NCBI GenBank assembly: GCA_910585595.1
Contig: CAJUET010000002.1
Span: 135,418 to 199,417, forward strand
Length of the DNA stretch: 64,000 nucleotides
Reading direction: 5' to 3'
Source of the DNA: an uncultured Christensenella sp.
GTDB lineage: Bacteria; Bacillota; Clostridia; Christensenellales; Borkfalkiaceae
Shown: positions 10,675 through 20,974 of the stretch, piece after piece
Numbering within the stretch: the stretch's first letter is position 1
Layout of the letters: every line of letters starts with the position of its first letter
Made by a program: the position numbers and the translations under genes
The notes under the pieces: model-generated
What the model saw: only the letters and a program-made list of their open reading frames with translations
Database searches by the model: none
What the model was told of the DNA's origin: nothing

Positions 10675-11234
10675 CCGTTATACTTTCCCATCACGCGGTC
10701 GATTTTTTCGCCGCCCGCAAGCAAAACCGCCGCTTCGGCAGCGCGCTTTGTCGCGTTTGAAAATAATTCGTAGTCCTCTTTGAGAATGTCGGAAAGAACG
10801 TAGTCGATGAGCGGAATATTCCGCGCCTCGTCGCGGATTCCGATGCGGATCCTCGCAAAATCAGAAAATCCGAGTTCGGCAATGATCGAACGCATTCCGT
10901 TGTGCGTGCCTGCGCTCCCTGCCGAACGGATACGCACGTTTCCCTTGGGTAAATCGTAGTCGTCGTAAACGACGACGAGCTCGTCCTTTGTCAGCTTATA
11001 TTTATTCATAAGTTGTTTGACCGCTCTTCCCGAAGCGTTCATATAAGTGACGGGGCGGGCAACAAGCACCTTTTCGCCCTTTATAAACGCTTCGGCAACG
11101 GAAGCCTCGCATTCCTTTTTTTTGAATTTTGCGCCCAAAAGCGCGGCGCAGTCCCCCGCCGCCAAAAAGCCCACGTTATGAAAGGTCTTTTCATACTTCA
11201 CTTCGGGATTCCCGAGTCCTACGATCAAAAACAT
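10671..11234 (-). CDS. pth: peptidyl-tRNA hydrolase
   Basis: MFLIVGLGNPEVKYEKTFHNVGF N-terminus, 187 aa, 4-nt overlap with mfd. Confidence 0.95.
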   Translation of the reverse strand: MFLIVGLGNPEVKYEKTFHNVGFLAAGDCAALLGAKFKKKECEASVAEAFIKGEKVLVARPVTYMNASGRAVKQLMNKYKLTKDELVVVYDDYDLPKGNVRIRSAGSAGTHNGMRSIIAELGFSDFARIRIGIRDEARNIPLIDYVLSDILKEDYELFSNATKRAAEAAVLLAGGEKIDRVMGKYNG

Positions 11235-11251
11235 AATTGCGCTCCGTAAAT

Positions 11252-11275
11252 AAAAGCCGCCGCATAAGCGGCGGC
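11252..11275 (-). terminator. rho-independent terminator after prs
   Basis: GCCGCCGC-ATAA-GCGGCGGC hairpin (11256-11275) followed on the minus strand by TTTTATTT. Confidence 0.75.
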
Positions 11276-11289
11276 ATAGCGTTTGAAAA

Positions 11290-12237
11290 TCAGTCGTAAA
11301 TCTTGCTCATCGGTTTATCGAGATATACGTTCTCGATTGCCGCGGCAAAGATATCCGCCGTCGTTAATATCTTCATCTTCGGCAACATCTTTTCTTCCGG
11401 AAGGTGAATGGTATCGAGCATAACGAGTTCTTTGATGGGCGATTTTTCAAGACGTTCGATCGCGGGTCCCGAAAGCACGGCGTGCGTACAGCAAGCGTAA
11501 ATTTCGGTTGCGCCCTTATCGACGAGCGCCTGCGCGCCCTGCACGATCGTTCCCGCAGTATCGATCATATCGTCTACGAGAAGGCACTTCTTCCCCTCGA
11601 CGTTACCGATAATATTCATGACTTCCATCACGTTCGCCTTGGGACGGCGTTTGTCGATGATAGCCATCTGGCAGTTGAGACGTTCCGCGACCTTTCTTGC
11701 ACGGTTCACACTGCCGATATCGGGAGAGACGACCATATAGGAATCGTCCATTTTATTTGAAAAATAATTGTAAAGCGTAGGTCCGCCCAACAAATTATCG
11801 AGCGGGATATTAAAGAAACCCTGAATCTGCGCCGCGTGCAAGTCCATCGTAAGAACTCTGTCCGCGCCCGCAGCGGTCAAAAGATCAGCAACGAGTTTTG
11901 CGGTAATAGGATCGCGCGAACGCGCCTTTCTGTCCTGACGGGCGTATCCGAAATAGGGAATCACCGCCGTAATACGCCCCGCCGACGCACGCTTAGCCGC
12001 GTCGATCATGATGAGCAATTCCATTAAGTTGTCATTAACGGGATCGGAAGTCGACTGTATAATGAACAAATCTCTTCCGCGCACCGTTTCGGCAAGGTGA
12101 ATGCTTGTTTCCCCGTCGGAGAACTTTCCCGTTTCCACTCCACCCAAAGTCGTATTCAGCTTTTTTGCAATCGCTTCGGCAAGGGGACGGTTGGAACTTC
12201 CCGCAAACAGTTTGATTTCGCTACCGTGTGTAATCAT
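11290..12237 (-). CDS. prs: ribose-phosphate diphosphokinase
   Basis: 315 aa; [37 protein letters not shown]-binding motif. Confidence 0.95.
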   Translation of the reverse strand: MITHGSEIKLFAGSSNRPLAEAIAKKLNTTLGGVETGKFSDGETSIHLAETVRGRDLFIIQSTSDPVNDNLMELLIMIDAAKRASAGRITAVIPYFGYARQDRKARSRDPITAKLVADLLTAAGADRVLTMDLHAAQIQGFFNIPLDNLLGGPTLYNYFSNKMDDSYMVVSPDIGSVNRARKVAERLNCQMAIIDKRRPKANVMEVMNIIGNVEGKKCLLVDDMIDTAGTIVQGAQALVDKGATEIYACCTHAVLSGPAIERLEKSPIKELVMLDTIHLPEEKMLPKMKILTTADIFAAAIENVYLDKPMSKIYD

Positions 12238-12350
12238 AATCCGATTTTCCTCGAAAAATTTTTCTTAGGCGCTTCTTAATAAGGCACCCGTTTATTGTAA
12301 ACGAAATGCATTTTTTCGTCAATCGTTTGAAATGGGTTTTCAAAAATTTT

Positions 12351-13523
12351 TTATTTTCTTACGACATCCGTTTTTTTCGCCGCCTCGGCTACCGCTTTCG
12401 CTACCGCTTCGTGCGCGCGTTTGTCGTATGCATAAGGAAGAATATAATCAGGATTCAATTCTTTTTCGCTCACGCAGGAGGCGATCGCCTCGCTTGCCGC
12501 AAACATCATTTCGAAATTGACGGTAGTAGCTCTTGCGTCGAGCGCGCCGCGGAAGAGTCCGGGGAATACAAGCACGTTGTTGATTTGGTTGGGGTTCTCC
12601 GAAGAACCCGTGCCGACGACCGCCGCGCCCGCTTTTATCGCCTTGTCCCGCGCGATCTCGGGCGTAGGATTCGCGCAGGTAAACACGATCGCGCCGTCCT
12701 TCATAGAGCGCACCATATCTTCGCTGACGCAGTTTGCAACCGAAACGCCCACGAATACGTCCGCACCCTTCATGGCGTTTTCGAGCCCGCCCGTAAGACG
12801 GCGGCGATTGGTGCGTTTTGCGATCTCCGCCTTGACGGGATTGAGTTTTAAATCACCCTCGCAGATGATTCCCCTGCTGTCGCAGAGAACGACGTCCTTC
12901 ACGCCGCTTTTCAAAAGAAAGTTGGCAATCGCGATTCCCGCCGCTCCCGCGCCGTTGAGCGCGACGACTACTTCCTCCCGCTTTTTATTTACGAGTTTTA
13001 AAGCGTTCGAAAGCGCCGCCGCCGTAACGATCGCCGTGCCGTGCTGATCGTCGTGAAAGACGGGAATATCCAAGTCCTCTTTGAGTCTTCTTTCGATTTC
13101 GAAGCAGCGGGGCGCTGCAATATCTTCCAAATTGATCCCGCCGAACGAACCTGCCAAAAGCTCTATATTCCGAATAATTTCTTCTGTATCCTTGGAACGG
13201 ATACACAACGGATAGGCGTCAACGTCGCCGAACGCCTTAAAGAGCGCGCACTTCCCCTCCATGACGGGCATACCCGCTTCGGGTCCGATATCGCCCAGCC
13301 CCAAAACCGCCGTACCGTCCGTTATGACGGGCACGGTATTCCAGCGCCTCGTAAGCGTAAAACTCTTTTCGGGATCGTTGTGAATCGCCATACAGGGTTC
13401 CGCAACGCCCGGGGTATAGGCAAGAGAGAGCTTTTCGCGGCTGTCCACCTCTACACGGGGGACGACTTCGATTTTACCGCGCCACTGCGCGTGCTTTTTT
13501 AAAGATTCTTCTCTGTAATTCAT
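12351..13523 (-). CDS. NAD(P)-dependent malic enzyme (short form)
   Basis: Start moved to ATG 13523 (AAGGAG RBS). LAYTPGVA, VITDGTAVLGLGDIG, FGGINLEDI, VFHDDQHGTAIV, LNGAGAAG motifs. Confidence 0.85.
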   Translation of the reverse strand: MNYREESLKKHAQWRGKIEVVPRVEVDSREKLSLAYTPGVAEPCMAIHNDPEKSFTLTRRWNTVPVITDGTAVLGLGDIGPEAGMPVMEGKCALFKAFGDVDAYPLCIRSKDTEEIIRNIELLAGSFGGINLEDIAAPRCFEIERRLKEDLDIPVFHDDQHGTAIVTAAALSNALKLVNKKREEVVVALNGAGAAGIAIANFLLKSGVKDVVLCDSRGIICEGDLKLNPVKAEIAKRTNRRRLTGGLENAMKGADVFVGVSVANCVSEDMVRSMKDGAIVFTCANPTPEIARDKAIKAGAAVVGTGSSENPNQINNVLVFPGLFRGALDARATTVNFEMMFAASEAIASCVSEKELNPDYILPYAYDKRAHEAVAKAVAEAAKKTDVVRK

Positions 13524-13696
13524 AAATCTTCTCCTTTCGTACCTCGCTATTATACCACTTCGTCTTATGCTTGGCAAGCAAACGAACGCATAAAAAAGCC
13601 GCGCCTCGGAAACAAGACGCGGACTTATAAAAAATCACAAAGAATATTCCGTTTATCATGAACGAATCATTCGCGGAGCTTCATCAACAAACGAAA

Positions 13697-14440
13697 TTAC
13701 ATATTGTCCATGCCGCGCTTTCCGCCGTGCAGCTTTTTGACGGAAGTGCGGTGTTCCTCGCCCGCAAAGAGACGGACCAGATTTTTGCCGTGGCGGAACC
13801 AAGTTAAAAAATTGATAAGCAGCAACAGCGTAAACAGCACGGCGATATATCCCATGCAGGAACTCATTACGCTTACATACCGATCGTAAAAGATCGTCCC
13901 TTGCCAGACCGAAAACGCCGTAACGCCCAACAGAGAACCCATAGAACCCATTTCGGTAATCAAAATAAAGAGAAGCACCAAAATGAACGCCACGAGCATG
14001 ATTGCAAAATACCACGGGTTTTCACAACCGATCCCGAACCAGAACACGCCGTAAGTGGTCGCGATCCCCTTGCCGCCGTTGAACTTTAAGAATACGGGAT
14101 AGATATGACCGATGACCGCAAACAAACCCGCAACATAACGCGCCGTATCCGAAACCGAAATTTCCGTTCCCGCAAACCGATAGTCTGCAAAAATGTAGTA
14201 AACGGCTATGACCGGAATTCCCCCTTTCAAACAGTCGAACAGGAAATTTGCAAGCCCTACCTTCAAACCGAACTCGCGGCTCATGTTCATGGTGCCGGGA
14301 TTGCCGCTGCCGATCTTGCGCACGTCCCTATGCCGCGCCTTCGAGATCATGACAGCAAAATTGATACACCCCAGCAAATAGCTGACGACAGCCGCCAGCA
14401 AGAACCAATACCAGCACTCGGAAAGCGCAATCTCTTTCAT
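13697..14440 (-). CDS. plsY: glycerol-3-phosphate acyltransferase PlsY
   Basis: GSGNPGTMN motif, polytopic membrane protein, directly downstream of der as in many Firmicutes. Confidence 0.8.
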   Translation of the reverse strand: MKEIALSECWYWFLLAAVVSYLLGCINFAVMISKARHRDVRKIGSGNPGTMNMSREFGLKVGLANFLFDCLKGGIPVIAVYYIFADYRFAGTEISVSDTARYVAGLFAVIGHIYPVFLKFNGGKGIATTYGVFWFGIGCENPWYFAIMLVAFILVLLFILITEMGSMGSLLGVTAFSVWQGTIFYDRYVSVMSSCMGYIAVLFTLLLLINFLTWFRHGKNLVRLFAGEEHRTSVKKLHGGKRGMDNM

Positions 14441-14443
14441 GCG

Positions 14444-15757
14444 TCAGTCCTCCTTCTTCCTCGTGCGGGTCACGATTCTTATGGGCGTTCCCGAAAAATC
14501 GTAAGCCCCTCTGAGAACGTTTTCAAGATAACGTTCGTAGGAAAAGTGCATGAGTTTTTCATCGTTCACCTGCAATACGAAAAGCGGCGGATTCACCGAA
14601 ACTTGCGAAGCGAAATAGAGTTTCATGCGCTTTCCGTTATAGGAAGGCGGTTCGGAAATGCGCATTGCGTCCGATAAAAGATCGTTCAAAGCGCCCGTCG
14701 TAATACGCCGCCCCGCATTCCCGTATGCTTCCCCGGCAAGCGAAAGAATTTTATCGATCCTCTGCCCCGTCTTTGCCGAAACGTATACCGACTTGAAATA
14801 GTCCATAAACTTTAAATCTTCTTTCAGTTTACTTTCGAATTTCTCTATGGTATGCGTATCCTTTTCGATGACATCCCACTTATTCATTGCGATCAAAGAA
14901 GGCTTTCCCTCTTCGTGCGCCATTCCGATAATACGGACGTCCTGTTCGGTAAGCCCCTCCGTGCTGTCTACGACTAAAACGACGACGTCGGCGCGCTTTA
15001 ACGCTTCGAATGCGCGGAGCACCGAATAATATTCCACGTCGTCCTCGACGGAGCGCTTTCTGCGAATCCCCGCCGTATCGATGAGCGTATATTTCTTTCC
15101 TTTCCGCGTAAAGGGCGTATCGATCGCGTCGCGCGTAGTGCCGGCAACCGGAGCAACGATCGTGCGTTCCTCGCCCAAAATTTTATTGACGATCGAGCTC
15201 TTGCCTGCGTTGGGTTTTCCGACGACTGCGATCTTCAAGGAATCGTCACCGTCGTTTTCCCCCTGTTCGAAATTCTCGACCGCCGCGTCTAATAGATCGC
15301 CGATTCCGCGGGAATGTTCCGAAGAGACGGCGAACGGTTCACCAAGCCCCAGCGAATAGAACTCGAATAACTTATCGGGGGAATATTCGTCGATTTTATT
15401 GACTACGAGAAACACGGGCTTTTGGGAACGGCGCAGAATTTCCGCCACGTCGTAATCGGAGGGAGTGAGCCCCTCTCTTCCGTCCGTAAAGAAAAATATC
15501 TCGTCTGCGGTGTCGATCGCAAGCTGTGCCTGTACCGCGATCTGACGGCGCATATCGTCGTTTGATTTCAATTCGATCCCGCCCGTATCGACGAGCGTGA
15601 AGGGTTTGCCCCGCCATTCCGACGAGGCATATATCCGATCGCGGGTGACCCCCGGTCTGTTTTCGGTTATAGCAATTCGCTGCCCCGCAACGCGGTTGAA
15701 GAAGGTGCTCTTTCCTACATTGGGTCTGCCCACGATTGCAATCAAGGGATTTTTCAT
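14444..15757 (-). CDS. der: ribosome-biogenesis GTPase Der (EngA)
   Basis: Start moved to ATG 15757 (MKNPLIAIVGRPNVGKST). Second G domain GKPNAGKSS. KH-like C-terminus. Confidence 0.95.
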   Translation of the reverse strand: MKNPLIAIVGRPNVGKSTFFNRVAGQRIAITENRPGVTRDRIYASSEWRGKPFTLVDTGGIELKSNDDMRRQIAVQAQLAIDTADEIFFFTDGREGLTPSDYDVAEILRRSQKPVFLVVNKIDEYSPDKLFEFYSLGLGEPFAVSSEHSRGIGDLLDAAVENFEQGENDGDDSLKIAVVGKPNAGKSSIVNKILGEERTIVAPVAGTTRDAIDTPFTRKGKKYTLIDTAGIRRKRSVEDDVEYYSVLRAFEALKRADVVVLVVDSTEGLTEQDVRIIGMAHEEGKPSLIAMNKWDVIEKDTHTIEKFESKLKEDLKFMDYFKSVYVSAKTGQRIDKILSLAGEAYGNAGRRITTGALNDLLSDAMRISEPPSYNGKRMKLYFASQVSVNPPLFVLQVNDEKLMHFSYERYLENVLRGAYDFSGTPIRIVTRTRKKED

Positions 15758-15839
15758 AACGGTATTATTATAAACGAATTCCCCTTTCTTGTAAAGAAAA
15801 AACGGCTCGAAAGCCGTTTTTTGTTTTTGTTCGATCCGA

Positions 15840-16130
15840 TTACTTAATGTATACTCTGATGACACCGAATACGACGCCGAACACATAAATGACGAGGGCA
15901 ATCCAATAAACGACTTTCCAACCGGTCTTTCTATATCTGACCCAATCGTAAGCGGGAAGCGCAACCGCGATCAAAAGCGCGATCTTTGCAAGCAAATCGA
16001 ATATGTTTACGATCTGCGCGCCGACGCCGCACCAATTCAAAATACCGCTTACAACGAACAATATCGCGGTAACGAGGATTCCCCAAAACGCACAAGCTCT
16101 CGTGAAATCGTTTTTGTTTCCACCGGACAT
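15840..16130 (-). CDS. small membrane protein, unknown function
   Basis: 96 aa with three hydrophobic helices. Confidence 0.5.
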   Translation of the reverse strand: MSGGNKNDFTRACAFWGILVTAILFVVSGILNWCGVGAQIVNIFDLLAKIALLIAVALPAYDWVRYRKTGWKVVYWIALVIYVFGVVFGVIRVYIK

Positions 16131-16260
16131 AAAATTTACCTCTCTTTATAATTTTTTTCTTGAATTATAGCACAGCACTTTAAAAAAAGCAACGTTTTTT
16201 CATGATATTTATGCGCATTTATCAGTTGACGAACAAAATAAGCAATGCTAAAATAGAGTC

Positions 16261-17520
16261 ATGAAAAATTATCTCGATCAAGCCGTAAAGGCGATCTCAG
16301 AAAGCATCAAATTCGACTCCTCTCTCAGCGAGCCCCTCGAAGGCGCGCCCTTCGGCAAGGGCGCGGCGGACTGCCTTGCGCATTTCTTGAATCTTGCGGA
16401 AAGCCTCGGATTCGAAACCGCAAATTACGACGGCTACATCGGCGAAGTGACTTTCGGCGAGGGAGAAGAGGAGTTTGCGATTTTAGCGCACCTCGACGTC
16501 GTGCCCGCGGGAAGCGGCTGGACGAAGCCGCCCTTCCGCGGACTCGTCGAAAACGGCAGAATCTGGGGACGGGGCGCCATGGACGACAAGGGTCCCGCCG
16601 TTGCCGCTCTCTTTGCGCTCAAAAAACTCAAAGACGAAGGTTTCGTTCCCAAGAAAAAAATCAAACTTATTTTGGGGCTCAACGAAGAATGCGGTTGGAA
16701 GTGCATCGAGCATTACAATAAAGTCGCGCATATGCCCGACGAAGGTTTTTCGCCCGACGCGAACTTCCCCGTGATCTATGCGGAAAAGGGAATCCTGCAT
16801 ATCCGCGCCGATTTTCCCGTAGAGAAAAATCTATTTTCCTCGCTTACGGGCGGGGAGCGCGTAAATATGGTTTGCGACTACTGCGAGGCGATCCCCCTCT
16901 TCCCCGCCGATCCCCAAAAGGCGAAACGCTTAGGGCTTGAAATCGCGGACGGAAAATTGATTTCCAAGGGAAAGAGCGCACACGGCTCCACCCCCGAAGA
17001 GGGCGTGAACGCCATTTTGCCTATGCTTGAATATTTCGGACTGCAACGCATTCTCGATTGCCTTTTTGAGGATATTTACGAACTCAAAGCGCTTAAAGAC
17101 GAAACGGGAAATCTGACCCTTTCGCCCGACGTGATCTCTTATAAAGACGGCGTTCTTTCGGTACTCGTCGACATCCGTTATCCCGCGACCCTTCCCCTTT
17201 CGGCAGTCACGGAAAAGCTCGATCGATTCGGCGTGAAGATCGAAACGGTGTCTTTCCAAAAACCGCTCTTTCTGGATAAGAACAACTTTCTCGTTAAGAC
17301 GCTGCAAAAGGTATACGACGACTACACGGGCGAAAAACACGAGCCGATCGCGATCGGCGGAGGAACGTATGCGCGGGCGCTCAAATGCGGCGTCGCGTTC
17401 GGTCCTGAAATCGAGGGCGAAGAAGTTACTATTCACCAAATAAACGAATATATCACGATCGACCGCGTTAAACTCATGCTCGAAATCTATTCGGAAGCAG
17501 TCAGGCAGCTCACAAAATAA
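16261..17520 (+). CDS. M20-family dipeptidase (PepV/Sapep-like)
   Basis: AHLDVVPAG..W..PPF and GRGAMDDKGP motifs; 419 aa. Confidence 0.75.
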   Translation: MKNYLDQAVKAISESIKFDSSLSEPLEGAPFGKGAADCLAHFLNLAESLGFETANYDGYIGEVTFGEGEEEFAILAHLDVVPAGSGWTKPPFRGLVENGRIWGRGAMDDKGPAVAALFALKKLKDEGFVPKKKIKLILGLNEECGWKCIEHYNKVAHMPDEGFSPDANFPVIYAEKGILHIRADFPVEKNLFSSLTGGERVNMVCDYCEAIPLFPADPQKAKRLGLEIADGKLISKGKSAHGSTPEEGVNAILPMLEYFGLQRILDCLFEDIYELKALKDETGNLTLSPDVISYKDGVLSVLVDIRYPATLPLSAVTEKLDRFGVKIETVSFQKPLFLDKNNFLVKTLQKVYDDYTGEKHEPIAIGGGTYARALKCGVAFGPEIEGEEVTIHQINEYITIDRVKLMLEIYSEAVRQLTK

Positions 17521-17540
17521 TACGGAAAACCATAAAAAAC

Positions 17541-17574
17541 GGGCGCACCTTTTAAGGCTCGCCCTTTTTATTTT
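17541..17574 (+). terminator. rho-independent terminator after the dipeptidase gene
   Basis: GGGCG...CGCCC hairpin followed by TTTTTATTTT. Confidence 0.65.
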
Positions 17575-17583
17575 GATTGCTTT

Positions 17584-20500
17584 TTACAGCTTTACAACAG
17601 TCAAAGTGACCTTATCCCCGTTAATATCGAGAGACTTCGTGTATCCCTTTTCGCTGCTCTTTTCGATTTTGAGCGCCAACACGTCGCCCGCGAACGCTCC
17701 TTTTTGAAGCGCCTTTTCCGCTCTTCCTTCGGCATCCGAATAGTAAACCGCAATACGGTCGACGACCTCGAAACCCGCCTCCTTTCTCATCATCTGGATC
17801 TTGGAGACAAGCTCTCTTTCCGTCCCCTCGAAGAGAAGGTCTTCCGTAAGTTTCGTATCGAGCGCAACGGTCACGCCTCTGTCCGCGGCGACTGCGTACC
17901 CTTCCGCAGACTCCGTAAAAATCTGCAAATCCTCTTCGGTAAGAGTCACCGTTCCGTCTAAAATTTGCGCTTCGCCCCGTTCCCTTACCGCCTTTACGAT
18001 TTCCGCCGCGTTGCAGGAACCGAGGAAATCCGAGATCGCTTTCAACTGTTTGCCGTACTTGGGTCCGAGCGTTCTCAACTGCGGTTTGAGCTTATAGGAA
18101 ACAAGTTCTTCCGCGCTCGTTACGGTGCGGTAATTCTTTACGTTGAGCTCGTCCAAAACGACAGCTTTGAGTTCGTCATGAACGTCGAGCGGCATTTCAC
18201 TTGCTACGACAAGTTCATAAAGCGGCTGACGGTTCTTGATGTTGCCCGCGCCGCGTGCGGCTCTGCCTAAGTTGACAACGGTCAAAACGTCGTCCATGCC
18301 GCGTTCGAGCTCAGAATCGATCAGATTTTCGTCCGCTTCGGGATACTCGCAAAGGTGCACCGAAACGGGCGCTTTTTTATAAAATGCGGGTACAAGATTC
18401 TGATAGATCATTTCTGCCATAAAGGGCGTATAGGGCGCAAGCAGTTTTGTAAGCGTTACAAGCACCGTATAAAGCGTCGTATACGCCGCCGCCTTATCAT
18501 CGGTCATGCCGCCGCCCCAATAGCGGTCGCGTCCGCGACGCACGTACCAATTCGAGAGCACGTCCGAAAAATCCTGAATCGCACGCGCGCCCGTCGTGAT
18601 GTCGTAATCGTTCAAAAGTGCATTCACCTTTTTTACAAGCGAATTCAAGGAGGAAAGAATCCACTTATCCATCAGCGTAAGTTTGCATTTTTTTAAATCG
18701 TACTCCGAAGGATCGTATCCGTCGATATCCGCATACAGCGTAAAGAATGCATATGTGTTCCAAAGCGTTCCCTGGAACTTTCTCTGCGATTCCGAGACCG
18801 CTTCACTGTCGAAACGGGACGGGATCCAAGGGAAGCTGTTCGTATAAAAATACCAGCGCACCGCGTCGGAGCCCTGCTTATCCAAGACCGACCACGGGTC
18901 GACGACATTGCCCTTATGCTTGCTCATCTTGATACCGTTCTTATCGTTTACATGCCCCAAGACGATACAGTTCTTGAAGGGCGCTTTATCGAAGAGAATC
19001 GTTGAAATCGTCAAAAGCGTATAGAACCAACCGCGCGTTTGATCGACGGCTTCCGAGATGAAGTCCGCAGGGAAAGTCTTTTCGAACAGTTCTTTATTTT
19101 CAAACGGATAGTGATACTGCGCAAAGGGCATGGAACCCGAATCGAACCAGCAGTCGATGACTTCGGGCGTGCGCTTCATGTTTCCGCCGCACTTTGAACA
19201 CTTGCAAACGAGCCTGTCCACGTAAGGACGGTGCAACTCGATATTTTCGGGAGCGCCGCACTTTTCGTGAAGTTCCTTGCGCGAACCGATGACTTCGATT
19301 TCGCCGCAGTCGCCGCATACCCAAACGGGAAGCGGCGTTCCCCAATACCGATCGCGGGAAAGTCCCCAGTCGATCACGTTTTCAAGGAAATTTCCCATTC
19401 TGCCCTCTTTGATGGTTTCGGGCATCCAATTTACGGAACGGTTGCATTCAATGAGCGCGTCTTTGACTGCGGTCACCTTAATGAACCAGCTCGACCGCGC
19501 ATAGTACATGAGGGGCGTATCGCAGCGCCAGCAATGCGGATAATCGTGCTCGAAACTCAGAGCGCGGAAGAGCTTACCCTGCGCTTTGAGCATTTTCAGA
19601 ATTTCTTTGTCTGCATCTTTGATAAAGAGTCCCTTGATTTCCGGGAAGCGTTCGTCGAATTTCCCCTGTTCGTTCGTAAGCGCGATCACGGGAAGTCCGT
19701 AATTTTTACCGACGTTGTAGTCGTCCTGCCCGTACGCGGGCGCAATGTGTACGACGCCCGTACCGTCGGTGAGCGTAACATAGGTATCGCATACGACCTC
19801 GTAAACGCGCTTCCAATCGTTCTTAGTATTTTCGAGATCGCTCTCAGCGTTGGGAAACAGGGGTTCGTACTTTAACCCCTCGTAGCCCTTTCCCTTTTTG
19901 CGGTCGATCACTTTATATTCTTCAAAGAACTTCGAAGCAAGCACTTCCGCCAAAATATACCGTACGCCGTCCGATTCGATTTCTGCATAGTCCTCGTCGG
20001 GATTCATGCACAGCGCCACGTTCGAGGGTAGCGTCCAAGGGGTCGTCGTCCAGGCAAGAATATAGGTATTCTCTCTTCCTGCGACCTTGAACTGCGCGAT
20101 CGCGGAAGTCTCCTTTACGCTCTTGTATCCCTGCGCCACCTCGTGCGAGGAGAGCGCCGTGCCGCACCGCGGACAGTAGGGAACGATTTTGTGCCCCTTA
20201 TATAACAGTCCTTTCTTATGAATTTCTTTAAGCGCCCACCACTCCGATTCGATATAGTCGTCGTGATAAGTCACATAAGGATTTTCCATGTCGACCCAGT
20301 AACCTACGCGCTCGCTCATCTTCTGCCATTCGTTTTGATACTTGAAAACGGATTTCTTGCACTGATCGTTAAACGGCTCGATCCCGTAAGTTTCGATCTG
20401 TTTTTTGCCGTCGAGTCCGAGCGTTTTTTCCACTTCGAGTTCCACGGGAAGTCCGTGCGTATCCCAGCCCGCTTTTCTCAAAACATGCCTGCCCTTCATC

Positions 20501-20718
20501 GTCTGAAAGCGCGGGATAATGTCCTTCATGACGCGCGTTAAAATATGCCCGATATGCGGCTTACCGTTCGCCGTGGGAGGACCGTCGTAGAAGGAGAATT
20601 CCCCCCTTCCCTCGTTCTTATCCACGCTTTTTTCGAATATTTCATTCTCTTTCCAAAACTCTACGATCTCTTTTTCGCGCTCCACGAAATCGAGCGAAGT
20701 AGATACCTTTTTATACAT
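17584..20718 (-). CDS. ileS: isoleucine--tRNA ligase (long type-2 form)
   Basis: 1044 aa; PPTANGKPHIGH (HIGH) and KMSKHKGN (KMSKS) signatures; zinc-knuckle CPRCGT / CWRCDT. Confidence 0.95.
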   Translation of the reverse strand: MYKKVSTSLDFVEREKEIVEFWKENEIFEKSVDKNEGRGEFSFYDGPPTANGKPHIGHILTRVMKDIIPRFQTMKGRHVLRKAGWDTHGLPVELEVEKTLGLDGKKQIETYGIEPFNDQCKKSVFKYQNEWQKMSERVGYWVDMENPYVTYHDDYIESEWWALKEIHKKGLLYKGHKIVPYCPRCGTALSSHEVAQGYKSVKETSAIAQFKVAGRENTYILAWTTTPWTLPSNVALCMNPDEDYAEIESDGVRYILAEVLASKFFEEYKVIDRKKGKGYEGLKYEPLFPNAESDLENTKNDWKRVYEVVCDTYVTLTDGTGVVHIAPAYGQDDYNVGKNYGLPVIALTNEQGKFDERFPEIKGLFIKDADKEILKMLKAQGKLFRALSFEHDYPHCWRCDTPLMYYARSSWFIKVTAVKDALIECNRSVNWMPETIKEGRMGNFLENVIDWGLSRDRYWGTPLPVWVCGDCGEIEVIGSRKELHEKCGAPENIELHRPYVDRLVCKCSKCGGNMKRTPEVIDCWFDSGSMPFAQYHYPFENKELFEKTFPADFISEAVDQTRGWFYTLLTISTILFDKAPFKNCIVLGHVNDKNGIKMSKHKGNVVDPWSVLDKQGSDAVRWYFYTNSFPWIPSRFDSEAVSESQRKFQGTLWNTYAFFTLYADIDGYDPSEYDLKKCKLTLMDKWILSSLNSLVKKVNALLNDYDITTGARAIQDFSDVLSNWYVRRGRDRYWGGGMTDDKAAAYTTLYTVLVTLTKLLAPYTPFMAEMIYQNLVPAFYKKAPVSVHLCEYPEADENLIDSELERGMDDVLTVVNLGRAARGAGNIKNRQPLYELVVASEMPLDVHDELKAVVLDELNVKNYRTVTSAEELVSYKLKPQLRTLGPKYGKQLKAISDFLGSCNAAEIVKAVRERGEAQILDGTVTLTEEDLQIFTESAEGYAVAADRGVTVALDTKLTEDLLFEGTERELVSKIQMMRKEAGFEVVDRIAVYYSDAEGRAEKALQKGAFAGDVLALKIEKSSEKGYTKSLDINGDKVTLTVVKL

Positions 20719-20747
20719 AACTCCCTCTTTTAGGTTTCGTTTTTCAT

Positions 20748-20776
20748 ATTATATCTGATTTGGCCGAATTTGTAAA
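20748..20776 (-). promoter_or_regulatory. candidate sigma-70 promoter of ileS
   Basis: On the minus strand, TTTACA, 17 nt, TATAAT. This leaves only a ~25-nt leader before the ATG. Confidence 0.5.
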
Positions 20777-20974
20777 ACGATTTTTGGAAAATTCATGAAA
20801 TAAGACTCATTCTACTGTGAGTAGAATTGAAATTTTGTCAGTAGAATTAACAATTTTAAAAATGGAGCGCAAAAAAAGCAAAATAGACGTTTTTTTATCT
20901 TTCAGCTGTTGTAAAAATTTAAAAAATAGCTACAATAGTGGTATACACTAAAAACAGTCCGAGGTGCAAATATT

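Noticed and set aside
20719-20974. T-box leaders upstream of ileS (also checked for aspS at 30487-30560 and argS at 36694-36804)
   Set aside because: The leaders are far too short: about 25 nt for ileS and about 30 nt for aspS downstream of their good sigma-70 promoters, and a gap of only ~110 nt for argS. No AGAGA/GNUGGNA specifier-loop or T-box (UGGUACCGCG-like) sequence is present.
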